Below, piece by piece: positions 24,963 to 36,699 of a DNA stretch of 64,000 nucleotides. The first letter of the stretch is position 1, and every line of letters begins with the position of its first letter. A program made the position numbers and the translations under genes. The notes under the pieces were generated by a model. The model was given only the letters and a program-made list of their open reading frames with translations. It had not been told where the DNA came from and searched no databases. The stretch is from Blasia pusilla (lineage: Eukaryota): contig CM114271.1 of NCBI GenBank assembly GCA_050084515.1, positions 7,130,001 to 7,194,000 of the forward strand, written 5' to 3'.

Positions 24963-26260
24963 CTATGTACCACCGGAAGTCATACTCTGTAAGATAAGAG
25001 CCCACCGTGCAAGCTTCCCTGTAAGCTTGTCAGACTCCATCAACCACTTGAGCGGCTGGTGATCAGTAACAAGGGTAAATTGTGTGCCAAACAAGTAACA
25101 CCTAAAGTGTGCCATAGCCCACACTACTGCCAAGCACTCTCCCTCATATGAACTATAACGCGACTCCGTTGCATTATTCGAACGACTTGCGTAGGCCACC
25201 ACAAACTCCATGTGCTCATCATCATGTTGTGTCAACACCGCTCCAAGTCCCAACCTACTCCAATTAGTGTGTAATTGAAATGGGCGCTCTCTGATAGGTC
25301 TCCTCAAGATAGGCGCCGCCACCAACTGGGCCTTAAGCTCCACAAAAGATCTCTCCTAATCATCTCCCCAATGCCACTCTTGATCTGATTTCAGCAATTG
25401 GTTCAAAGGCTTTGCCATAGCACTAAATCCCTTCACATACCTCCGATAGTAGTTCGCCAATCCCATGAATGCCCGAACTCTACTCACATCTACCGGACGC
25501 GGAATAAGTGCAATAGCCTCCACCTTTGCTTGCTGAACTCCCAAACCACCTGGATAGATCACGTGACCCAAGTACTCAACATCCTTATGGAAGAACTTAC
25601 ACTTTCCTGGATGCAAACGTAGACCATGAGCTTTCAACCGCTCAAACACCATCTGCAAATATATCTGATGCTCCTCCACCGTGTTACTGAACACCAAGAT
25701 ATCATCAATGTAACACCGAACAAAATCCAACCCTGGTAGGATCCTGTCCATCACTCTCTGAAACTCGGCAGGTGCATTCTTCAACCCAAAGGGTAAGAAT
25801 TTCCACTAGTACAAACAATCCTTGCCATGAGAGTTGACACGCCATTTGCTATCTTGGCCTTGTCACTCTCCCGAATCGGCAATTGATGGTATCCTGCCCA
25901 AAGATCCAAAGTACTGAAAATCTTTGCCTGTCCGACCACATCAAAGATCTCCTCATGTGTAGGCATGGCATACCTATCGGCCTTGGTTTGCCGATTGATA
26001 GGACAATAATCTCCACACATCCGCCTATCCGTGTAGTTGCCATGCATATCCTTTTTAGGAGGCATGATAGTGGCTGATGCATACTCTCCATGCGACAACT
26101 CCACTAATCCAACCTCCAAAAGGTCCAACGTCCTACTCTGAATCAGGTCCCTCTCCATATCACTATATCGGTAGGGACGACGGAAGATTGGCGTATCAAT
26201 AGCCAAATCAATCCGTATACCGGGTCCAACCAAAGAACCCAACTCCTTCATGGTAAAGGC
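24963..26260 (-). pseudogene. Reverse transcriptase and RNase H (Ty3/Gypsy type)
   Basis: RMCGDYCPIN, FSTLDLWAGYHQ, KNAPAEFQRVM, CYIDDILVFS, YLGHVI, FQLHTNWS, YSSYEGECLAVVW, FTLVTDHQPLKWL. Confidence 0.95.
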
Positions 26261-26629
26261 AAAACAACTCTTATAAGCACGTAGGAACTGTGTCAAGCAT
26301 TGTTTTTCACCTCCCGTAAGCTTGGGCCCAAGTAATGGCTCCCAAGTCTCCTCCACTGGCACACTAGAGGGAGAGGACGATGCCATTGGGTGCTACGCAA
26401 CCCCCTCACAAGATGGTACATCCTTAGCTACGCCATCATCTAAGCAAATAACTCCTCCACCAGCATGAGCAACCAACTCCACCTGCCCAGCCATTACATC
26501 CCATTTACTCCAAGGATGCAAAATACTACTCTCCTTGCCCCCACCGGATGCCTCTACCGTCCCGGTAGCCATCGAGCTCATTACAAGGGGTGGAAGACCC
26601 ACAGACATAGTCCGAAGTCGACGCTGCTC

Positions 26630-27600
26630 GGCCATACCAAGACTCAAAATCCAAGTCAAACAATTCAGGTCCATGGCCTGACCCAACACATGACGTCGTG
26701 AAGCCTCAGAAATGGAAGCAACCATTTGTCACACCAGTAGCAAATCCCATCGCACGCTGTCTCTCATCAGCGTTAGGCTCCACCAACTGTCGCACATGAG
26801 AATCCCATACAAGCGCGGGACCACCTTCCCTGTATGCATGTGACGAGGGAAAACTCATAAATGTGGGTAGTGCCATCCTAGGCTGGCTTACACGGTTCAC
26901 CACTGCCATGGGTGACTGATCAATAACCCTCACCACCTGAGAAATTTGCCCTGTATCCAAGATACTATCCACTGTAAGGCAAGGATCCCGCTGCACTGCA
27001 TCATGTGCTCGACATAGAACCTCCCTAGGCAAAAAGTTTGTCCACCACAAGCGTGGACGATGTGCACGCTGAGCCAATCAAGCGCCAGATCCAACAACAC
27101 CGCTGGTCCAATCCAAGACCGCACCTCATGAACACTCGCCATCATCCGGGTCCGAGTGTCACCCAACAATGGAACATTCTCGAGAATGTAAGCTAGAGCA
27201 CGTGCCTGATGAACCTGAAGATGTCGTAACACCCGTAACATCTCCCAAAACAATCGAGAGCTAGGGTTGTGTAATCCCTCACAACGACCAGCATGTGTAT
27301 GACCCTGACATGGCCATCCAACAATCACCAAATCCACAGGACCAACCCTCTCAAGGTCCTGCGCCTCCAACAATGCAATGTGTGACGGAAAAGCACGTTG
27401 GTACCCACGAATAGCTGATGGCGGTAACAACTCAGGATATCTCCGCATCAACTGACCAATATGTCGAGATGAGACTCTCTGGGCCATCTCATCTCGCTCC
27501 ACATACACGTATCTCTGCACATGAATACCGGCTGCAACACTGCAGCCAAACCAGTGTTAATCCCACCAAAGAGATCTAACACACAAATGCCCTCCAGCGG
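26630..27600 (-). pseudogene. DNMT3-like C5-cytosine methyltransferase domain between PR and RT
   Basis: Motifs in linear order: I VLDLFGGINTG, II YVYVERDE, IV DLVIVGWPCQG, VI YILENVP, VIII AHRPRLWWTN, IX ERQRAMGF, X RRHVLGQAMD. Split by frameshifts. Confidence 0.93.
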
Positions 27601-27812
27601 ATACTGCCATACAAGGGGTGTAGTATCCAAAGGGGATAACCCAACTGGACCAAAAGTAGGAGTCCGCCGTGGGGCCTCCTCTTCCTCGTGAGGTATAACA
27701 GCCTCACACCAAGCCTCCTGCACTAGGCGATCAGCCTCCTGCCGTAGTGCACGGCTTGAACTCCAAAGTGGCACATCCAACGATGAGGATGCCATTGCTA
27801 CAAAAATAGGGA

Positions 27813-28520
27813 CTACGGCAGGAGGCTGATCGCCAACCTCCTAATAGGGACCTCCTCTACCTCCTCATGCACATGAGAATCCATAACAGAAACATTACCC
27901 TCCAAAAAGTATCCTGGCCAAGTGACTACTCCACTAAAACCAGCCACAGATGCTAACACTGTTGGGGAAGACCCTCCTGGTCGAGCCCCATAAATAAATC
28001 TCACAGGAACTTGGCTCATACATCCATCCCCAGACTCCCAACCAGGTCTATAAGACGTTGTCTCAGTCCAGTAATCCATCTGAAAACCCATCGGGTACAA
28101 TACTGCTCCTCCAACTAGTACATCATACGACTCGGCTAATGTGACTACCGCAGATACTCCCAACCGGGAGCTATCAGTCGCATGATCTGGTCTCAACTGT
28201 ACATAAAACTTCTCCCGTGTCATGAATTGAGACCTATCATTGGCTCCTCCAAGTGATGTTTGAATCTGGAATGGGCAAGGCTCAAGCTCTGACCTCCGAA
28301 TACCCAAACCAATATATGCCGCCTTTCCCAACATCAAAGGTTGGGCACCAGAGTCTAACAAGACTCTATCTGGTCTATACACCTGTCCTATAGGACTCAC
28401 CAATCGAAATATCCCACTCCGGTTGTCCAACATACATACACCAGGTGAGCCTCTCACGATCAATGGCTGGCCGGGCTGGTAATGCATCCATCTTCGCCGC
28501 TGATGCCTGCCAAGTAGCAC
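27813..28520 (-). pseudogene. Aspartic protease
   Basis: VLLDSGAQPLMLG ... YDVLVGG. Confidence 0.85.
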
Positions 28521-29035
28521 TGGTACTCAATGCTACACCTGACATAGAGGGTCGCTCCACCGCAACACCCTCATCCACCTCAGCACGTGTAGCAGTAACA
28601 TCCCCACATTCACACAACGTGGGTGCTAGCTGAAATACAGGAGCTAAGTCAACTCCTAAAGCCATCAGCTCTGTGGCCGAAAACAATGGGGATCCCAACA
28701 CTGAAGTTGCCATCCGCAATATTGCATTGGATGTTGCATCTGTGTCTACTACACGCGATGTAGATGCCTCAGTCTCCACTTTCGGCTCAATAGGCTGCGT
28801 AGGAACCATGGATGGAGTCCTAAGCACCTCAGACAACAAGAATGACTGGGGAAGCCTAGCCTACCTCCCAGCCTCACCCCTCCGTGGGTCCAACTCCACA
28901 GTAGCACCACGTGGCTCTGACCCTCGAGTGGCTCCTCTCGTAACTGCAATTGATGCCTCAACCTGTGCTGCACTCGCCATATAAGAGAGATCATCCCCTC
29001 CATAAGAGGTGGGAGCCCCTGCTCCTGAACCTGAT

Positions 29036-30343
29036 CTATCTTTGGATACGACCATAGTAGCCAACCGCTCCAATCTGCTCAATCTGGGACCATAGCGACT
29101 CTGTCGTAGTGGTAGGGGTAGCCACTGTAGGCTCTCCAACCACGGGTCCACCTCTACCACCTCTACCATCTTGGCCTCTCGGAGCTACTCCACCACGGCC
29201 GCGGCCTGATCTCAACTGTGGATGAAGATCAAAGCAACGCTCTCGAGGATGACTTGGTCTCCCGCAATAATCACACTGAGTTGGGGCCGACTGAGGCCCA
29301 TCCTCCAAAGTCCGTCTCCCATCCTCTTGGGGACAAAACTTCCTAACATGATCACCTCCACATGTCCAACATGATCGCCTTCTGCCGCAGGCAGCAAATG
29401 AAGGCAATGGTCTTTGCGCAAGTGTCCCTCTAAGACCTGACTGAGGTCGTGTGTACCCCCCACGACTCCCACTACTACTACCACCACCACTACTATGAGA
29501 CTGTGAGGTGGGCTGCTGAACACGAGAAGTAGTAGTTGTATCCCTATTGAATGCGGATGTCACCACTCTCTCCTTCACCATGTTAAGCTCAATCTTCTCA
29601 GATAGAGCAAACACATGGGTCAATGTGGGTGAATCATCACTCATAAGAGTAGCATCACGTACCCTACGGCGCAACTCTCTATCCAAGATCCCATACCAAA
29701 ACTGGATTTCCTGAGCCTCAGTCACACCCTGGGTAACTGAAATCAAGCGTCGCATACAAGTGTATGCCTCACGAAGACTTTCACCAGTCTTTCGCTCAAA
29801 TTCTTGAAGACTTCTCAACTTCTCTATCCTCACTCCCTGATAGTTCGTCGTTAACCTCTTGAAGAACTCTGCAACCGGGCTAAACGATGGTGGGGCACTA
29901 GTACCTCCACTAGTACCCCCACTGGTACCTCCATGGGTACCTCCACTGGTACCCCCACTCCGGCTCGTACTCGTACCACTCAACGTCGGGTTGGCTGGCA
30001 TAGTAGGAGCACTACTACCAATACCACCATGGGTGATAGACACATAGCCTGAAGACCAATATTGTCTCCATGCCTCAATCTCAGCAACATGGTCCTTCCT
30101 AAACTCATGGTAATCATCCATGGGTGGTCCCTCCAAGTGCTGAAACAACCCCTTCCAAGCCAAGAAGGGTGTAAACAACGTGGCGTTCCGCAACATCTGC
30201 ATATCACACCACGTATCAAACTCCTGCATGAAGTCCTCCAACTCAATGGTGCCCACTGCACCCGAGTATCGTCGTGGGCCCTTCATGGCCCCATATATCC
30301 CGTCCATGTCCCAAATCAATGGAGCTGCAACACTCGATAACAA
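29036..30343 (-). CDS. Gag-like protein with two CCHC zinc knuckles
   Basis: 435-aa ORF; GESLREAY, CWTCGGDHVRKFC, CDYCGRPSHPRERC. Confidence 0.85.
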   Translation of the reverse strand: MLSSVAAPLIWDMDGIYGAMKGPRRYSGAVGTIELEDFMQEFDTWCDMQMLRNATLFTPFLAWKGLFQHLEGPPMDDYHEFRKDHVAEIEAWRQYWSSGYVSITHGGIGSSAPTMPANPTLSGTSTSRSGGTSGGTHGGTSGGTSGGTSAPPSFSPVAEFFKRLTTNYQGVRIEKLRSLQEFERKTGESLREAYTCMRRLISVTQGVTEAQEIQFWYGILDRELRRRVRDATLMSDDSPTLTHVFALSEKIELNMVKERVVTSAFNRDTTTTSRVQQPTSQSHSSGGGSSSGSRGGYTRPQSGLRGTLAQRPLPSFAACGRRRSCWTCGGDHVRKFCPQEDGRRTLEDGPQSAPTQCDYCGRPSHPRERCFDLHPQLRSGRGRGGVAPRGQDGRGGRGGPVVGEPTVATPTTTTESLWSQIEQIGAVGYYGRIQR

Positions 30344-31957
30344 CGTAGAAGACTCGGTGTTTGGAACACCCTCGTCCTCCTCTTCATCAACTGTCGGAAG
30401 TGGAAAAGGTAGCCGATACCCAAATCCACTCCGTGTAAAACCACCACTGTCCGCACCACGGTCCCCAACCAGACCACCCGACAGCTACGTGATGACCAAC
30501 GCCGATGCCGCACCACCACCAAATTACCACCACTAAGTAACCAAGTGACGTCGATGTCGCTATACTATTCTAGCTCTACTAGCTATGGGTGTAGGCAACC
30601 TAACCTGTCATCACCACCTGAAGCCTCCCACAGTCTACTGGTCATCACTCCAGCCTCACTATCGGTAGCACACAGGAGTAACACTACTATGGAAATCAGC
30701 GTCAACCCTAACAATGGGCGCGCAAGCAAGAAGAAACGATGGAGGGGATCCAAACACAGGAAGTCCAACGACAACCCTCCAATTGCAAATGGAAATCAAG
30801 GTAACACAATCCACAAACGTGGCGCCCCCTGAATCCACAAAAACCACCACACAATTCTAACGCAATAGCTACTCCGCCGCTGGTCGATGACGTGCTAGTC
30901 GAACTCGCAGCACCTGAAAATATCACCTGCATGGAGAGGCTACACCGTACTATGCGCTAGAGGCACATCAACCAAAAACCTGAGATGCATAAAGTGCCTA
31001 ACACATCTCCGAAGAACACCAAATGAGCTACAACAGTGTGTACACTAGCATAGTTAAGAACTCAGCAGTTAAGCGTCCTCCATGCAGAATAGCCCAAAGA
31101 TGGGTGACCAGTTATGCAACACTCAAATCACAAATCCTGCAAAAATTGCCTCACGCCCAAGCAAGCAAGCTTGCTCCTTACTCCGCCTCTCACGCCCACT
31201 CGCCCCGAGTTGCCTCGAAGCCTGAAAACGCCGAGAAATGCTCGAGACATGCCCCTATCGCCCCGTTTGCCATGCTTCGCTATGGAGAGAGAGGCCCAAC
31301 CAGGGCACCCCCAACGGGATAAGCGTCTCCAATAATGAACAAGCCCCTCCGATCCGCTCTCCACCATAGCTAGTTTGCAAAATTTCGATCAAAAATTACT
31401 CCACAAATCCTTGACCAAAATTTAATCTGTTTTGACCAGAATTCAATTGACCACCATAGCTATCTCTCCACAAAAAATCAGCTACAACCAAACTCTATAC
31501 TCTGAGCTAAAAAACAGACAAACTTGCTGTCCATACACCTCCAGAATCGCAAATCCAACAGCGCTTCCGCCCAGTTTCATGCACGCAGAAATCCGCAACG
31601 CTCCACACACTCAAGCACATAGCTTCACATGAAATCACAATACAAGTAGCAATAGGAACCTCTCATCCGATCTGGATAACTTCAACAGAGCTTCCGCACT
31701 CCAAGCTCTCCACATCAGAAAACCGTCGAACACGAATCAGAATCTTCAATCCTTGATAACTTCCAACTCCCTTAACGAAATCCGGCGATCTAAAGTACGT
31801 TGCAAAGCTCTCAGCAAGGCGCTTCTTTCCCAATCAACCACGCACCAGATTGAAACCTCCAATATAGGCCACAAGCCACGAACATCCACGGCCGAGTACA
31901 CAATCAGCCCTAACAAGATCCTACTGATCCACAATCGAAGCTACCATCGATCTACTC

Positions 31958-31970
31958 CAGTTCTTTGAGT
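31958..31970 (-). promoter_or_regulatory. Putative self-priming primer-binding site
   Basis: 13 nt immediately inside repeat A, perfectly complementary to 32132-32144, which lies 29 nt downstream of a minus-strand TATAAG (32173). Confidence 0.7.
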
Positions 31971-32337
31971 GAAATTTGTGAAAGACCTATTGTCATAAAA
32001 CATGTATAGAATCACATACAATCGAGCCAAACCCACTCCACGATGGGAGAATCTAGGTCGAAGCTTGCGGGAAACACCATAGCCAAGAGCTCTACTCACT
32101 ACCAAGGCTAACTCCCAACGCAACAGGCTCAACTCAAAGAACTGAATTTTCTTTGAGTGCACTCCACCTTATATCCTCCAACCTAAGAGCAGGCCCTACT
32201 GGAAAGCTCACCCTCAACTGAGTAACCCCCAACCCTATGTATGAAATCGCATCTCTACCTAGACACTGCGGCCCTACTGAAGGTATGGCCTCTACTAGCA
32301 CACTATACTCTACGACATAATCCGTATGGTCATGACA
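31969..32337 (-). repeat. 5' terminal repeat (segment A only) of copy 2
   Basis: Same length (369 bp) as, and high similarity to, 22621-22989; begins TGTCATG on the minus strand. Confidence 0.93.
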
Positions 32338-32342
32338 AAGGT

Positions 32343-33352
32343 CCTTTGCGTATTGAACAACAAGCTTTTGTTGATTGGTTATTGGAAGTAGGAGAGGGTC
32401 GTGTTCCTTTGCACCCTAATGTGGGAGAAGACTTCATACATTTATCATATGGAATTGTTCCTCGGAGTAACAAGATATGCAATCTTATTGATTTGATCTA
32501 TGGCAATTCTCCCATCTGATTCTAAGACAATTGATTTCTTGAGAGATACAACTATTTTGATACTGAGAAATAAGGTTGTTGACGAAATAAATGGAGATGT
32601 TATGTCTTGATTTCCTGGACAGATCATCCTCTTAACATGCATATATATATATATATATATATAGAGCAATGCTTTGTTATTGGGTATTTTGGATGATAAT
32701 ATAACTTCTTCTTACCAATTCACTACGTATTGTGTCCAGGAGCATATTTACGTCAGCGTCGACTCTATTCCAAATGAGAGGATGAGTCATATCTATCCAA
32801 CTGAATTTTTAAACACATGTTTGCCTTCTGAACTACCTCCACATCGTTTGTGTTTGAAGATTGGTGCACCAATCATGCTCTTACGAAACATGAATGGTTC
32901 ACATGGACAAGCAAATGGGACTAGATTGGTGATTCGTGGATTTATGCAACATTGCATAGATGCTGAAATCATCACATGGAAGAATATTGGAGATCAAGTT
33001 TTTATTCCACGTATCCCATTAATTTCATCTGAATGTGGTTTACCATTTGATTTACGTAGGTTTCAATTCCCTATTCGGTCAACTTTCGCCATGACTATTA
33101 AAAGTCTCCGGGTCAAACTTTACATAAGGTTGGCATTTACTTGCCCACTCATATGTTCTTTCACGGTCAATTATACGCAGCATTATCTAAAATAGGGGAA
33201 AAAAATTCCATCCACAATACCATTAGAAATGACAAACATTCCAAAAAAATATCATACGAAATATAATATATAAAAAAACACTTATAGATAAAATAAATTT
33301 TTTAAATTATATCCATGATCAAATCGTTGACCTTAGCACGGCACCTCACTAG
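32343..33352 (+). mobile_element. Helitron 3' fragment (PIF1-like helicase C-terminus + CTAG end)
   Basis: FVDWLLEVGEG, YPTEFLN, LPPHRLCLKIGAPIMLLRN, NGTRL, FIPRIPL, RRFQFPIRSTFAMTI, GQ; gcacgg..CTAG|T at 33349-33353. Confidence 0.88.
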
Positions 33353-36300
33353 TAAAAAGAAAAGAAGAATGAGTAATGAATGCTACACCACCCGTCGTCC
33401 ATATCCTTCTCGCTACAACGGATATCAGGTAGAAGCGTAGTATAGATATGCATATCCTACTGATAGTGGCTGGCGGCAACAGAGGGACGGCGCAGCGTGA
33501 AGATGTTGGAAGTACCGGAAGTACGCGCGGGTAGGTAGGTCAGTCCGTTTGGACTGATGGAGCCGGAAGAGGGAACGAATCTGTCCATCCATCCAGACCG
33601 ACGGACGGACGGACGGACTTGTCAGGAGTAATTGTTAAAGGACGGTTGCCGCATTCCAGCCCAGCAAGATGGATACATCGCTGGAGTTCGTTCAAACGGA
33701 GAGAGGATGGGATGTAACGTGATTGTTAAAAGGGGTATTTTTTTTCCCCCTTTCTCATTTAATTCGTCATTTGGATGGACGCGACTTTAAAGAGGAAGAG
33801 CAATGCTTCTTATGGAACGGAAATGTGTGACGTATTTGGTTCTCTCGAATGGTGACTTTTTAGATAATACTTTTTCCAGCTTTTTTCTTTTCTTAGTTTC
33901 CATAGTTTCCTTCTCCTTGTTACTCGATAAAATCACAATTGGAGCAAGAAGGTCAACCCCTTACCTTATTGGCAAGTAATTAATAGACCCCATTTCTTTT
34001 GAGATTTGGGTAGACAACACCCACAATCCAAAACGAGGTATGTCTGTGCCACTGCGAGTGTCACGCTTGGGGTTTCAGCGATTCAAAAAACATTGCCTAA
34101 ATTCTCCCGATATTTGTTTACTTTTATCAAAGAGAAGATATTTTTTAATTTAGAAATAAATACTAGTTTTTCTATATTTATAACCTACACGTGTGGTTAA
34201 TGGCAGGTAAATGCACCTACCGCAGGTCAGAGTCACCCTCGCACAACTTGACTTTGATATTTATGTGGTGGTAGACGCATTCAATCCTGGATACACTTAT
34301 GATAGAACTTGGAAGCTGTCGGGAGGCTGTGTTAGAAGCTTCTTATAATTTTATTATAGTCCTCCATCAGAATGATTAATAGATTTGCAAAATGACACAG
34401 TAGTAAAATTATGACTCCTCTAATATAAGTATAGTCGAGTCTAAGTCGACTCTTAAGATAGAGCTTCTAGGAAAGAGGCGTTTTTCCTCGATGCAAAAAC
34501 GATGATGGAACTATTTACAGGTCGGGAGTCTAGGCTTTTCTATGAAATGGCTTGCCATGGGATTGCTTAAGATCTCTTCAAACTCCATCACGGTTACCAA
34601 TGGGAGTAGGTGGTGCTAAATGGAACAACTAATAATCGTAGTCAGAACCAGGAGAGGTTTTAGAGATACCCATCTCTCCAAGGATCTTCCATCAAGATAG
34701 CTTCCTGGACTCGCATCAAAGACCTGACGATATGACTGAAGAAGGGAAAGGGAAAGGATCAGGGTCATATCTGCTTCCAAGAAGAGGGGCAATTTGCAAC
34801 CTAAGAATCTCGAAACGATATACCAATCGGAGCCAAAATCAAGAGAGGCTCTAGAGATCCTACTCCAGAAGGATCTTCCATCAACATAAGTTTACGAGAC
34901 ACCAAAGAAGTTGCAAGGAGACAAGATGCAGTTCATCTTGTCTGATTCGAGTGTAAAGACGTTTCACGTGATGTACAAGAACTCGTCAAACAATGTGAAG
35001 TGATCTCGATGTAGATCAAATAGATAGATAGACATGGAACAGCGACATGGTACAACCGCTTTGAAAATTAAGTGTCCTCCAGTTCTAATAGTAAACTCTG
35101 ATGAGAAATATTCGAAGCCAATTAGCAAACAGGAACACTCGAAGATTAAGCTGGTGACGAAGAAGACTACCATCTGCTCTTCAACAAGTTGTCCCCTTGT
35201 AGGTTTGCATTGAGCCCACTCGTCCCAAGCACTCCACCAAGAGTGTGGACGAGTGTTTGATTCACCAGAATTCCCACTCTTTTCTACTTCAGTTTGGTAA
35301 ACTTTGGCTAACGGTATGTACAAACAGGTGCGTCATTTTCAAGGCCGAAGGTCGGACTGTATGCAACTATAGTGGCTACTAACCACTCGGCAAAACAAGA
35401 TTTGTAAATTACATTTTGACTGGTAGGGCACTAGTGTTCTACAAGTAGAGTGCTCCCACCATTCTCCATATGTGCCGTGTTCTGCACAGATATGACCAAG
35501 AGTTCACTATATCATGAGCACATGCACTTAGTAACAGGCAGACACGACAAACTATAGACCCCAAGAACCCACAGAAGTGTACGTGACATTCCAGAGATTT
35601 GAACATACAGCTACTCATGATCTTCCTCCCAGAATGCAAAGGGAATTAATTATCCAACAGACCAACAAAAATTGTGTGGGAACAAAAGTTCACGGACTAT
35701 CGAGCTAGTAGACCATAAGACTCTTGGATCCAGAAAGCAGGAAACACAGTGTAGAAGCCCATTCGCCAAGTTGTAAAATACTAGAGCAGAGAACATCATG
35801 TACATCAACATATTCTCTGGTTTACACTCTTCAACCACCAAGATGACGCATCAAGAAAGTCACACAACTTGAGGTAGCACAATTCATTCTCTTGCTATAC
35901 AATACTCCGCAGAGATGATCTGCACTCCGTAGAGGTGATCTTTACACTAAGACAGACATGAAGGAGTGCTATTCAGGTGGGATACCAACCAAGTACGTTT
36001 AGACATACTTTCATCCCATATGAAAAGGTGGACCCTCAAGCCATTGAAAGATGCCCAGAGAACGGAACACACTAAAGTAAAAAAGGTTAAAAAATCTTGC
36101 CAGGGCCCTCAACTTTACAATGGGCAAATTATTACCACTTTCTGATTTTACATCACGTACTGGCTGGGTGACACAGAAGCCAATATTTTCCTCATCAGTA
36201 ATTCTACAACTGCTTCCTAAATTCGTGTATGAAGCTTTACTCTTTGGAAGACATGTCCTTCCCATTCACTTTCCCCCCTTCTTTTACAATCAGAGCTGAC

Positions 36301-36699
36301 GTAGACACAAAGAAGAGCACATCCCTATGTGCACCTTTTACTGAAAGCATCCTACTCAATTATTTGGTACAAAATGGTCCCAGTAGTAGCAACAGAAACC
36401 AGATAGCCTCTTATCATGGCTTAGTTAGGGACGCACCTACTCATGCCTACCTTTCCTCTCATCCAACCTGCCAACAAAGTTGAGCCTTGCTAGGTTTAGC
36501 AGTGCTTTACTTCAAGTGCACGCCCAATGGTGATGGTGTTGCGGTGATCATGAGTGTTGACAGTGAGTCAATTTGATAAGTTGAACTTCCTTGCCAACCA
36601 CATCTCACAAGAACTTTTGTCCTCGAAGAAACTGGCCTTGCCAACCACATCTCACTAGGACTTCGGACTTTGCAGAAGCTGGCCACACGAAATCAGACA

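Larger units (their letters stand above)
22517..32337 (-). mobile_element. Near-complete Ty3/Gypsy retrotransposon, copy 2 (Gag-PR-C5MTase-RT-RH-INT-PHD) with split terminal repeats
   Basis: All domains are present in Ty3 order on the minus strand. A 369-bp repeat A lies at 22621-22989 and 31969-32337, and a ~100-bp repeat B at 22520-22620 and 22992-23096. Candidate TSD AAGGT (22512-22516 / 32338-32342). Many frameshifts. Confidence 0.93.

Noticed and set aside
26630-27600. Host DNMT3/DRM gene or bacterial restriction-modification contamination
   Set aside because: It is intronless, sits between PR and RT in three copies, has no cognate endonuclease, and is surrounded by plant TE and spliced-gene sequence.
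22517-32337. DIRS/Ngaro/PAT tyrosine-recombinase retroelement, suggested by split repeats plus an MTase
   Set aside because: It encodes an aspartic protease and an HHCC-DDE integrase, has TG...CA termini, and no recombinase motifs were seen. Its MTase is C5-type rather than the Dam-like domain of DIRS.
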